A stretch of 64,000 nt of DNA from Eledone cirrhosa (lineage: Eukaryota), in assembly GCA_964016885.1 (NCBI GenBank), contig OZ024743.1:275714001-275778000 (forward strand). The letters are read 5' to 3'. Both the position numbers and the translations under genes were made by a program. Shown here in pieces: positions 10,788 to 22,771 of this stretch; position 1 is the first letter of the stretch, and every line of letters begins with the position of its first letter. The notes under the pieces were generated by a model that did not search any database, had not been told where the DNA came from, and was given only the letters and a program-made list of their open reading frames with translations.

Positions 10788-13700
10788 ATCATCATCATCA
10801 TCATCATCATCATCACCGTTTTACGTCCGTTCTTCCACGCTAGCATGGGTTAGACGGGTTGTCCTGTTGTGGGCAGTGTCTGGTCGGCTGACCATGCCTT
10901 GCTCATACAGGAACTGATCTGGCTTGATTTCTACAGCTGAATGCCCTTCCTAACACCAACCTCATTTACAGTGAGTGCTGGGTGCTTTTTCGTGGCGCCT
11001 ACACGTCCACTTTACAGTGTGGGCTGGGTGCTTTTTTTGCCTTGGCACCTCCACGACCACCTTGCGGTGGGGGGAGTGGGGGCATATTGTTTATATGCTT
11101 CAGCATGTACCCATGGGAGGTCGGGTACTCTGTATTACTGCGTGACGCCAGAAGTCACGGTCGTGTGTCATTGTCTTTGAGAGGTGTAGTTCGGTAAGGT
11201 CGGCTTTTATCACCTCATCCCAAGTCATCTTGGGTCTCCCGACTCCGCGGTTTCCATCAACTTCTAGTGCTCTGCACCTTTTTATGCAGCTGTCATCCTT
11301 CATACGCATCACATGTCCATACCAGCGTAACCGCCTCTCCTGCACGCAGCATTTGATTCCTCTTATGCTCAGTCTCTCTCTCAATTCCTTTATGCTTTGT
11401 CGTTCACGTATATTACTGTTACACATCCATCGCAGCATGCAGGCTTCGTTTCTCTCTAATCTACGTAAGTCTTCCACCTTCAGCGCCCAGGTCTCACTAC
11501 CATGCAACATCGCTGTTCGGATACACGCATCATACAGTCTGCCTTTCATTCTGAGGGAGAAGCCTTTTGCAGCTAGCAGTGGTAGTAGTTCCCTAAACTT
11601 CTTCCATCCCGTTCTTACCCTAGTTATTGTACTTTCTGAGCACCCACCTCCGTTGCTAATTCGGTCACCTAGGTAGCAGAAGCTGTCTACTGTTTCTACA
11701 GGGCCCTCCCAGAGATTGGTGGTACTTGTTTCCTGTGGCTGTTTGCTTGCTGTTTCAGCACAGCTGCTGCATGTGAATCCTACATTCTTAATTAAGCTTC
11801 CTGAGATCCCGCTACATCTCTTGTGTACCCATTGTTTGCATTTGGGGCAGAGAATGGAGTTCCTACCTACACCTTTCCTACATACTGAGCAAGGCCATTT
11901 CCCTGAGGGGATCTGGGTTCTGTTTTCTCGTCTACTTACAAGGACCTTAGTCTTTGTCATGTTGACTTTGAGGCCCTTTCTCTCTAGTCCCTGCTTCCAG
12001 GTTTGGAATTTATTCTCTAGTTCTACCATAGATTCAGCTATGAGTGCGAGGTCATCAGCATACAGGAGTTCCCATGGGCATCCGGTCTTAAACTCCTCCG
12101 TTATTGCCTGCAGGACTATGATGAACAGGGAAGGGCTAAGAACAGAGCCCTGGTGGACACCAACCTGTACGCTAAATTCCTCGCTATACTCATTGCTAAT
12201 CCTAACTTTGCTGACTGCTCCTCTATACATGGCTTGTACCGCTTTCACAAGCCATTCATCTACTCCTAGTTTTCTAAGAGCCCACCAGATTACTGCACGT
12301 GGAACTCTGTCAAAGGCTTTCTCAAGGTCGACAAATGCCAAGTAGAGTGGCTTACTTTTAGCTAGGTACTTTTCCTGTAATTGCCTCACAAGGAAGAGGG
12401 CATCAGTGGTGCCTCTCCCTGGTACAAACCCAAATTGCATCTCGTCTATATTCACCCGGTCCCTAATCAGCTGTGCTATAACTCTTTCTGTTACTTTCAT
12501 GACCTGGTCCATCAACTTTATACCTCTATAGTTTCCTCTATCTAGTGCATCGCCTTTACCTTTGTAGCAGTTGACAATGATGCTACTGCACCAATCTTTT
12601 GGTATGGCCCCTTCTAGTATTACCTGGTTAACGATACGTGTGGTTATAGTGTGACCTACAGACCCAGATGCCTTCAGCATCTCGGCAGCTATACCCGATG
12701 GACCGGTTGCCTTCCCCATCTTCATATCTCTGATTGCCTTACTTACTACGCTGCCGCTGACTTGTACTGCTGGTCCCTCTATAGGGTCTACATGGGGTAG
12801 GGTCTCTTCTTCCCATGCATTCTCCTCATTTAGTAATCTATCATAATGACTCTTCCATGCATCTTTCTTCTCAGCACTTGTGAGGGCAAGCTCACCTTTA
12901 TCATTCCAGATACACTTCTCTCCAATGACATCACAACTATCTCTGACACACTGCCTCGCAATCTTGAATACCTCCTGTTTCTGGTCCTCACGTTGTAAAA
13001 CATGCTTGAATTTTCTATCCTCTGCTTCCCTCCTAGCTAAGTATACTTGTCGCCTAGCTTCCCTCTTGGTCTCTATGTAATGTACCCTGCTCCCCCCGTT
13101 CTTCCATTCTTTCCATGCCTGTCTCTTGGCCTTGACTGCTTCATCTACCTTATTGTTCCACCACCAAGTCACTCTCCTCCTGCTTGAGGTCTTACTCCAG
13201 CCACAAACCTCATCTGTCGCCTCTAGTAAGTTATTTTTTAGGAACTCCCAGTTCTCTTCTACGTTAAATGTCTGTATCTGTTCTTCTTTACTGTCGTAGG
13301 CGTTGAGTAAAATATCTTTAAATCTGTTACTGGTTGAGGGGACTTTCAGCTTCCAGATCTTTCTTCTCCAGGTTGGCCTCTGTTTCCGGGTTCGTCTAGT
13401 TCTGACCGTGAGGTCGCTGACAACTAAGCTATGTTGGGATGTACATTCCTCACTAGGGAAGGCTTTTGTGTTTACGACCGTCCATCTGTCACGTCCTCTG
13501 ATGAGGATAAAATCTAACTGACTAGAGTGCTCCCCTGATCTATAGGTGATCAGGTGGTTGTCGGGTTTTTTAAAGTTTGTGTTACATATCGACATGTCAT
13601 TGGCGTCGCAGAATTCTAGAAGTCTGAATCCTTCCTCATTCCTTGTGCCAACTCCATGGCCTCCATGTACTCTATTGAAGCCGTCGCAGTGTTTACCTAC

Positions 13701-14200
13701 GTGTCCGTTAAAATCTCCTGCAATGATTAGGAAGTCCTTGTCGTCTGTTAGAGCAGTAGTGTGTATTAGGGACTCGTAAAACCTATCTTTAAGTTCGTCT
13801 GGCAGCCCCGATTGGGGTGCGTAAGTTGATATTATTGTGGTAATTGTCTTATTCAGGACTAGTCTGAGTTTAATGATTCTTGCATTTACCCTGTACACTG
13901 AGATTACTTTATCTACCCACTTGTCAGCTAATAGTATACCTACACCACCCATCCCATCGTCATTTCCCACCCAGAAAAATTTGTAGCACTGGCTTTTTCC
14001 TACAAGGACTCTAGCAGACCCTCCTCTCCATCTAGTCTCTTGCACACAGCATACATCAACTTCCTTTCGCTCTAGCATTTCTACGATTTCTCCTGCTCTT
14101 CCTTTCATTGAGCCTACATTGATGGTACCAACTCGGAGTTTTGGGCATTTGTCGACACTCGTAGGGGAGGGTCTCTGGGTTGGCGCTTCACGTGGGTGCT
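10788..14200 (-). mobile_element. Near full-length RTE-clade LINE
   Basis: Single long ORF, ~300-bp 3' UTR and (GAT)n tail, with (TA)n on both sides. Confidence 0.93.
11100..14200 (-). CDS. RTE ORF: AP endonuclease + reverse transcriptase + PHD-like C4HC3 zinc finger (native start not seen)
   Basis: Stop-free for more than 1000 aa. Motifs GTINVGS, QET, GDFNGH, LDFIL, NYRGIKL, QFGF, FVDLEKAFD, GVHQGSVLSP, YADD, CSVC-x10-CPKC-x4-H-x2-C-x14-CSSC, FCYLG and LRWYGHV. Confidence 0.92.
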
Positions 14201-14236
<36 letters not shown>

Positions 14237-14240
14237 TATA

Positions 14241-14724
14241 TAAGTATGTACACGTACATACATATATGTATACAGACGTACAGTAGTATGTATATATATA
14301 TACATACATGCACACATATATATATGTACGCATGGATTCACCGAACATTTATTACAATGCTCGGTGTGTTTGTAAACAAACATCCCGTATTAAGCTGTAG
14401 TGTCTAGCAACCATCGTTGCTCATTTGTTCAACACTGACAAAGGAACGCTGTACTAGTTTCAAGCTTATTAGCTATCGTCAGCAACGTATACCGTCCTGC
14501 CAGATTGTTGAACGTATATACTTACCTTATGCATATTAACGACTGAGTAGCCCAATTTGCATATCGAGTGGGTTAATCGGCCGTTTACAAACACACCGAG
14601 CATTGTAATAAATGTTCGGTGAATCCATGCGTACATATATATATGTGTGTGCATGTATGTATATATATATACATACTACTGTGCGTCTGTATACATATAT
14701 GTATGTACGTGTACATACTTATAT
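14241..14724. mobile_element. Foldback/MITE-like element with ~137-bp inverted arms
   Basis: 14241-14377 is nearly the exact reverse complement of 14583-14721, around a ~205-bp spacer, in TA context. Confidence 0.8.
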
Positions 14725-14792
14725 TTAAGTAACAGCCGTACTAAGAGTGGGAAATGAAATTTTGTTTCATTTTTTCCGTTTATATATATATG

Positions 14793-14823
<31 letters not shown>

Positions 14824-15320
14824 GTATATATATATAATCTTTATATATATAAAGATTAATGCTGAAACGTGTAAAATTGAAGTGCTTGACCTATTTGACT
14901 TGACCTGCTCAAAGTAAATCAAAACTGCTTCAATAAACTTCTATCAATTGAGTAACCTCAAGTAGGCTCTTCAATAAAATATAAAGATGATGTCTAACCT
15001 GAAATTTTTATTGTCGAGCCAGAATACTTATTATCAAATGTGTAATTGTGTCATATGTCTATCTAAATATGTGTTCCTCAAGGTAGAGATGTCGGTCTTC
15101 AGATTGGAGGTATATATAAAATACCACTGTATAGTATATGTTGTCTAATTATGGTGGGGGTGCATTTGGTGTGGGGGTGGGGGTGAAGTGGAACAGGGCA
15201 AAATAAGTTTAGAAATACTGGTCTAAACTGTATAGTAACTTTATCTAATCATTGTGGGGGAGGGGGGCACCTTTTTTTAGGAGGTGGGGTGAAGTGGGGC
15301 ATAGGGCAAAACAAGTTTAG

Positions 15321-15532
15321 CTCTTTAGCATTTACATTACTTTATATTTACTATTGTATTTTTGCAGTACAGGCTTTATCTCACATAATATTGAATCTAT
15401 GAGATTTTGATATTATTTATTATGAGAACAATACCTTAACATCAGAACAAGTGGCCAGTTACTGCCGGTTCAAACAGAAAGAGGTGAAAGAATTCTGGTT
15501 AGATAAAGCCAGTTAAAATGCTGAAGGGTTAA
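15321..15532. mobile_element. TTAA-flanked (piggyBac-like) MITE, family 1
   Basis: Ends (c)ctttagcattt...aatgctgaaggg-ttaa; copies at about 48054-48274, 50059-50261 and 20205-20293. Confidence 0.6.
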
Positions 15533-15948
15533 GGAAGAAATGGCCAGTGTCGATCAGTCTTCACAGGCCTTCAGAGATTGATAGGAAAGAGAGATATTCT
15601 CAAACGGAAGACCTGGCTCAAATGCTTGTAATAATGTAAACTCTACCTGGGGCACCCAAGGGACAGGTGAATTATGTCTACCACCCAAATAAGCCACAGG
15701 AGGATTTGAACTCAGAACAAATGCTTTGATGATATTTCATTCAATGCTCAAACAATTTTACCAATCCACTGGTACTTTATTTTATCAACCACTAAATGTT
15801 TTCCACATACAGGTAGTTTTGAAATATATCTGAGGCCTTATAGATCAGCTCCTGGGGAATTAAATTTAATATAATATAGTTTAAATGTAATATTGTGAAC
15901 TGTATAGTTATGATTGTTTTGGGAAGGCCAGAATAATGCAAATTACAG

Positions 15949-16265
15949 ATGGTATGGTATGGTATGGGCCTGTAACTCCCGAGGGAGTCGTCGAGGTGCC
16001 GTATTGACATATAACATTTCTAGGGCATTTTTTACACCTGGCGGAGCCCATCTCCTCTCAAGGTCTGAATACAGCAGATTTCTTCCAAAGAAGAATAAAG
16101 AGAGTGAGAGAAAGGAAGTGAGAAAGAGATATAGAGGAAGAATCGACCCCAGTCAGCCATGAATGGATGAAAGGCAAAGTTGACCTCGGCGGATTTGAAT
16201 TCAGAGAGCAGAAAGCTGAAATGAATACTATAAAGCATTCTAATGAACCTGCCAATTCACCACCT
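15949..16265 (-). mobile_element. tRNA-derived SINE with tail ending in (CATAC)n
   Basis: Homologous to 2540-2855; the tail ends in ggtat repeats on the plus strand at 15949-15967. Confidence 0.75.
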
Positions 16266-17099
16266 GTAAATTAGATATACAAGAGTGAAAACTATAATAA
16301 AGTAAAAATGAAGATTTACTACATGTAGAGTGCTGCTCTGTCAACACTACACTCCATTTCTTTTCTTTTAAAAAGGGGGTTACAACCTCAAAATTGTTGC
16401 TTTGATTTGTTTTTCTTTACTCTAGTTTTCACTCTTGTATATTTTATTTGCATTGTTCTGACATTCCTCAATTATATTCTTTCTGTGGATTTATAGATCT
16501 AAAATGTAGAGTGGCTTTTTTTGTCTTGGGTTTTCAACAATTTATAGTGATCAACACATTTCATATATCCATGTGTGTGTATTTCTTTAATACAACAATC
16601 TAAAAAAAAACAATTTGCTTTCCCACGAAGGACAGATTATGTGCATAGCCTAAGGGGCAGGTGTTGATTAAGAAAGATAAAGTATATGAAGATTAACAGC
16701 AGCAGTAGCAACAACAACAGCAGGAGAATAAGTAAATATAGATATAATGTTAAATGTAGATAAAAATTGTGAAACAGCTTGCAGAAGTCTGAAGGGAAAT
16801 CTAGGCTGGAAGTAAAAAAATAGCTTTTAGTAAAGCATAAATAAGCAAGCAATTACAGTGTGGAAAAGTCATTTTAGGCATTCAAAATAACATACAAGTT
16901 GTTAAATTCGCATTATATCTATCATTTATATTTTGGTGTCAGAATTTTTCAACTGCAGTGGAATTGTATCAGGGAACAAGCTGCAAACAAAATTTTTGTC
17001 ACTCACAAAAAAAAAATGATAAATCTGGAGTAAATTTAATAGGTTTTGTGTGTTTTTTTTAATTGTTAAGATGACTCCCATATTATAATTGCTTTAGTT

Positions 17100-17290
17100 T
17101 AGGCGGTGGATTGGCAGTATCGGTTTTGGGTATGACACCTTGCTTTTCAGCATAGAGTTACATCCCTTTACGGTCTGAGTTCAAATCCTGCTGAGGTTAA
17201 CTTAGCCTTTCATCCTTACAGGGTTGATAAAATAAAGTACCAGTAATGCACTGAGATAATTGCTGGCCTTGTGCGAAAAGTAGAAACAAT
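17100..17290 (+). mobile_element. Short tRNA-derived SINE (abundant family)
   Basis: ggcggtggattggcag...gagttcaaatcc...gcctttcatcc...ggccttgtg. Further copies at about 29265-29575, 31250-31570, 35945-36165, 45745-45860, 48300-48795, 57290-57445, 59530-59640 and 61590-61750. Confidence 0.75.
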
Positions 17291-17960
17291 TGTAATTGCT
17301 TTAATTTCAACACAGTCTCAAAACAAGTCACTTGCCATTTAAGCACAACTTCAACATAAGTAAGCAAGCTAGCTACTTTCATCTGATGTTTAGTGTTAAG
17401 CCCAGGATTTAGTAGTTCTAATCCTGGCCCATGTGAAAAACCATTTTGAAGTCATTTAAATGATTGTACTAGTCTTAATTAATCAGTTATAATCCTGGTT
17501 AATGTGATTTTAAAGTAATTTAAATATGATTGAACTGATCTTTATTAATTAGTAGTTATAAGCTTGGCTCATGTGAAAACAATTTCTAAGTAATTGAAAT
17601 ATATTTAATTAGAGCTGGAAGATGATTTATCGAGGCATTTGGATGGTTTGAAATTTGAAATGGGATCCAGATACAGAATTGCTTTTTGCTGTCCCTACCT
17701 GATTTTTACCTGATTTTTAAAAGTTACTAGACCACCTGTGACTTGTTGGGTCACGTTCACTTGAAAATATAAAAAAAAAATCATGTTCACTTAAAAATAA
17801 TATTTAAATAATTAGAATATACACAGACATGTGTATATTCTAATTATACATTCTATATAATGTGTGTGTGTGTATATATATATATATATAGAAAAAAAGA
17901 TGAAATCGAAAATGCAACTGGAGCCTTATTTAAAAAAAAATATATATATTTATTTGGTTC

Positions 17961-17997
17961 CTTTACCGGTTTCGCAGTTCTTTCTGCTTTTCAAAAG
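17961..17997 (-). ncRNA. Minimal hammerhead-like motif with U3-A8 core (inverted copy)
   Basis: Minus strand: ctt TTGAAAA gcag-aaagaa-ctgc GAAA ccgg TA aag. Confidence 0.6.
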
Positions 17998-18452
17998 TAG
18001 AGTTGAGATGGAGGGTCTGGGTTTTTCTCACATCTGATTGGTCTTAGAATGTTACTTGTTTTATATGGAAAAAAGTGGCTTGAAACGCCAGGTTTTTAGA
18101 GAAGTAATTTGATTGGTTGGTCAATAAGTATAATAAATTTTGCGCCAGTTCGCGTTACAAAGTTCTAGAAATTCAAACAAACTGGCGTGAAAGCTGATGT
18201 GCTTATTCACGTGACTGCATCAACCAACCAAACTTCACTCATATATGAAAAAACAACCTGAGCCCCCCCCCCCTCTTGTTTGAAGAACTTTGTAACGCAA
18301 ACTGGCACAAAATTTATTATACTTATTGACCAACCAATCAAATTACTTCTCTAAAAACCTGGCGTTTCGAGCCACTTTTTTCCATATAAAACAAGTAACA
18401 TTCTAAGACCAACCAGATGTGAGAAAAACCCACACCCTCCATCTCAACTCTA

Positions 18453-18488
18453 CTTTTGAAAAGCAGAAGAACTGCGAAACCGGTAAAG
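18453..18488 (+). ncRNA. Minimal hammerhead-like motif with U3-A8 core
   Basis: ctt TTGAAAA gcag-aagaa-ctgc GAAA ccgg TA aag, with a palindromic CCGG in place of stem III. Confidence 0.6.
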
Positions 18489-20799
18489 GAACCAAATAAA
18501 TATATATATTTTTTTTAAAATAAGGTTCCAGTTGCATTTTCGATTTCATCTTTTTCTCTTTATACTTTCACTCGTGTAGGACACCTCGGTTATTTTTCAT
18601 TTTGTAAATAAACCTCACTTTCTAATATATATATATGTGTGTCTGTATACATATATATATATATATATATGTGCGTGTGTGTGTGTATATGTGGGTGTCT
18701 GTGACCTATATACACTAGTCACAGACACAACCACTATTTCTTTCTCTCTATCTATTTATGAAAGTACCCAGAAAAACCCTGTATCTTGGGAACCCATGCT
18801 TCTATTTACATGAAACTTGTTTTATTCCATTTGTATTCCCATTTCAGAGGCAACTTCCTTTCAAAGTATTTTCCTATAATGCACCATTTTGGTTGTATTC
18901 AATTACAGACACAGAGTTTTAGTAGTATATAGATAGATGGATTTTCATTTTAGCGATTGTGTTTGGTTTCCAACAATTCAAATTTTAAATATGATTGTAC
19001 TCATCTTCATTAATTAGGACTTCTAATTAGGTTTAAGGCGGCAAATTGGATGGGTTATTAGAATGTCCGATAGAATGTTTTGCAGTATTTGTTCCGGCTC
19101 TCTGCTCTCTGAGTTCACATCCCGCCGAGGTCAACTTTGCCTTTCATCCATTTGAGGTTGATAAAAAAAAGTACCTGTCTAGTACTGAAGTTGATTGTTC
19201 CTCTATATCTCTTTCTCACTTCCATTCTCCCCCTCTTTCCTTCTCTGGAAGAAATTTGCTGTATTCAGGCCAGGAGAGGATTGGGCTCCGCCAGGTTAAA
19301 AAAATGCCCTCAAAGCAATGTATGTTAATACGGGACAGAGAGAGAATCCTGGCTCATATGAAAACCATTTCATAGACATTTAAATGGTTGTACGGTTCAG
19401 GTTCCTGAGTCACACATTGATATTTCTAGAAAACAGACTTGTTTGCAAACAGAAATAGACCTCCATTGGTTTCTATGATGAGTGTTCTATTTGTTCAATA
19501 AAAGAACTGCCTACTCATGAAAATGAGTGCGATTTGGTAGAGGGAAATAATGTGGAAGCCCATTGTGTGTGTGTATATAGAAAGCTTGCTAAACAAAGGG
19601 TCAGAAGAACTCTTCAGTTATGTCAAATACTTGTGTTGTTGATCTATATGATAAATGCACCGAGTACACTCTGTAAAATTGGTTGGTGAAAGGAAGGACT
19701 CTTTCAGTTGAGTGGATTGAAGTAACATGATGCTCACTCAAGGACCCAACATGTCACCTAGTTTGAAAATTGTACCAATCACCTTACAATTGCCAGACCA
19801 ATACTCTAGGCATGTCTCTTTACAGCAAAGTAGTTACTCTTTTTTTATTAAGAATACACATGAAGATATATATATTTTTGAAAATAATAGTGAAGATAAG
19901 GAAACTGGGAACAGGATGTTGTGCATTTTTTCTTTCTCTCTCTCTTTTTTCTTTTTTTCTTTTTTTACAAAGAATTAAAGTCTGTATATATCAGCCCTGG
20001 TCATTGCTTTTTCAATAGCAACTCTTATTTTGGTAACACTTGAGATTAGGAAAAGACAAATCAAGGTTGTTTCCCTTACAACATTATCATTTGAGAAATT
20101 GACTTCCAGAATTTTCTTTATAATTAATTTTTTTCTTTTTATTACAAAATTTGATATTAATTTATAAAATGTTTCTATATATCATAGGCACAGACATGGC
20201 TGTGTGATTAACATCAGTATGAGTGACTGGTTATGGCTGGTTTGGGTGAGAGAATTCTGGTTGGATATGGCTGGTTTAAATGCTAAAGGGTTAAAACAGT
20301 AACCACAAATAGTTTAAGGGGAATTGTAATAGCATTTATTATAGCATAGTTGCTGAGTCATCAGCCAGCAGTGGGCTTAAAATGGCTGATGAAAATTATC
20401 ATTGTGGTTGTCATTGGACCAATTAGCAATGGTGCTAGAAACACAATACAGGAATTCATATGATTCTTGATATTATTCAGCATAAACCATCTGATACCAA
20501 CCTGGTCAAAACCAGTTCTGGTTCTATGAAACAAAACCACCTATTTTAAAGGATCCCTATTTAAATTAAAATCTTTCAACATAATTTTATATACGTATCG
20601 TTTCTTGCAAATACTATCATAATAATGAAATAATTAATAATTTTAGTAAATCCCTCCAAATTCTTTATTAATTAATTGAAATATAGTGAATGTCATTAGA
20701 AATATAGTAAAATATAGTAATGAAAGGTATTTTCATGTGAAGGAAAGCAGCAACCAAAATATATATATATATATTCCGCAATGCCCCCCCCCCCCCCCC

Positions 20800-21140
20800 C
20801 CATCTCCTGGATCCCGATCCATACTTTATCTCCAACACCACCACCACCCTTTTCCATCCCAATGACTGGTCTTTCCAGTTTAGGGATTCCTTCAGCTGTA
20901 TCTCCACCAGCCTTATCTATGGGCTCCGTTGTACTCTGTGCAGAGGCATCTTCCTTCGTCAAACTGGCCGACAGATTTGCTGAACACCTTCATGACATCC
21001 AGGTCAGCAACCGGACTCCGATCTCCCAACATTTTTGATCCGCCAGCCACTCCATACACCACCTGTGTCTTTGGGCATGCACATTGTGCCATACCCTCTG
21101 ACTCACACTAGCGGAGAGAACAGCAACTTACGTTCCTTTT
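20800..21140 (+). mobile_element. Penelope-like GIY-YIG 3' fragment
   Basis: Homologous to 2150-2380; reads LADRFAEHLHDIQVSNRTPISQHF. Confidence 0.75.
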
Positions 21141-21744
21141 TCCTCTTATAGACAATAGACAATTTTGTGTTGCTTTGTCAATTGTTAGAACAAAGAACAT
21201 TATTATAGATAAGCAAGTTTAATTCGATGAGAAGAAATATTTTTATAAAAAGCTATATTGAATTCCTTATAAACTGTTTATTATATTCTAATAAACTTTT
21301 TTCTCACTACTGGATATAACAGTATCTAATGTTCCTTTGAAAATTGAGTGAAGTGATTTGAAGAAACATTATCTCAAAACCAGGGCATTCTAATAGAGAG
21401 AATACCTTGATATCAGTGTCATCTAAGGAATAGATATGTACTCTGATTCTCACCTGACCCTCACTTTTGGCTTTGGGACACTTTTTGAAGCACACCTCAA
21501 TAACTGCTCCTGATAACAGGCTAAATATAGTGAAGGACTGGATGTTTGAGAGAGATGGGCACCACCAAGCATTGGATCCACACTTGTCTCTCCTCATCCA
21601 GTACTGGGTCCCAAAACGGTGGTTATGCTCCTCATATTGGTGCCATCCACTACCAGGCTCCAAACTGTGGTTCTGTTGTGACATGGGTTCAGCGCGGTCA
21701 ATTGGCCTGTCTCCCCTTATGACTGAGCTATCCAGTTCCACACT

Positions 21745-21935
21745 ATAAATGTGGTTGGTGCTAGGAAGGACATCCAGCTGTAGAATACCCAGCCAAATTT
21801 AGTCCTTGCTGAAGCAAGGTGTGACATGGCCCACTATGGCCAGACGTGCATCCCAGCATGGACAACCCATCTAACCCATGCAAGCATGGAAGAATGGATG
21901 CTAAGCAGCAATGATGATGATGATGATGATGATAT
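21745..21935 (+). mobile_element. RTE 3'-tail copy or RTE-mobilised SINE
   Basis: ggttggtgctaggaagggcatccagc...ccatgcaagcatggaagaatgga...(gat)n; other copies at about 37938-38100(-), 39640-39780(-) and 49745-49795(+). Confidence 0.7.
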
Positions 21936-22169
21936 CATGATTTAATACGGTTCATCCACTTGTAGTTATAAGCAAGCAGGTTGGGGATATGTCCTGCAGC
22001 AATCTGGTGATATTGATGTCAAATCCAAACTTTGTTGTCCAACAGACTGAGAATAACAAGCTATAAAAGCAGTGGAAAAATCTGGCAGCCTGCATCACAT
22101 CCCTACTTGGTTCAATCGGAATAGAGATTACTATCCACAAGAATGGGCCCCATCATCTCTCTCAGGAAA

Positions 22170-22189
<20 letters not shown>

Positions 22190-22214
<25 letters not shown>

Positions 22215-22771
22215 ATGATGAAATAAATATTGTATATATACACATCAATGATGGAATAATAAATATTGTATATATACACATCAATGATGGAATAATAAAT
22301 ATTGTATATATATATACACATCAATGATGGAATAATAAATATTGTCTATATACACATCAACGATGGAATAATAAATATTGTATATATACACATCAATGAT
22401 GGAATAATAAATATTGTCTATATACACATCAATGATGGAATAATAAATATTGTATATATATATATATCAATGATGGAATAATAAATATTGTCTATATATA
22501 TGTACACATCAATGATGGAATAATAAATATTGTATATATACACATCAACGATGGAATAATAAATATTGTCTATATACACATCAACGATGGAATAATAAAT
22601 ATTGTATATATACACATCAAAGATGGAATAATAAATATTGTCTATATACACATCAATGATGGAATAATAAATATTGTATATATATATATATCAATGATGG
22701 AATAATAAATATTGTATATATATATATATATATCAATGATGGAATAATAAATATTGTATATATATATATAA
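22190..22771. repeat. ~34-40-bp minisatellite (left part)
   Basis: Units tatatacacatcaatgatggaataataaatattg with a variable (TA) tract. Confidence 0.9.

Larger units (their letters stand above)
17891..18624. mobile_element. Penelope-derived element with ~275-bp inverted repeat
   Basis: 17891-18166 is the reverse complement of about 18284-18556 with few mismatches; each arm carries a minimal hammerhead; TA-flanked. Confidence 0.75.
17727..18933 (-). mobile_element. Non-autonomous Helitron containing a nested Penelope-derived palindrome
   Basis: Minus strand 5' end a-TCtatatactactaaaactctgtgtctgt; 3' hairpin gtgac-ccaacaa-gtcac followed by ggtggtCTAG-t. Confidence 0.65.

Noticed and set aside
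14201-14348. N-terminal ~50 aa of the 1082-aa ORF as native RTE protein
   Set aside because: Derived from (TA)n and the foldback arm, not from the LINE; treated separately as a speculative finding.
21307-21741. 144-aa minus-strand ORF
   Set aside because: No recognisable domain; sits among TE debris and is probably an old repeat remnant.
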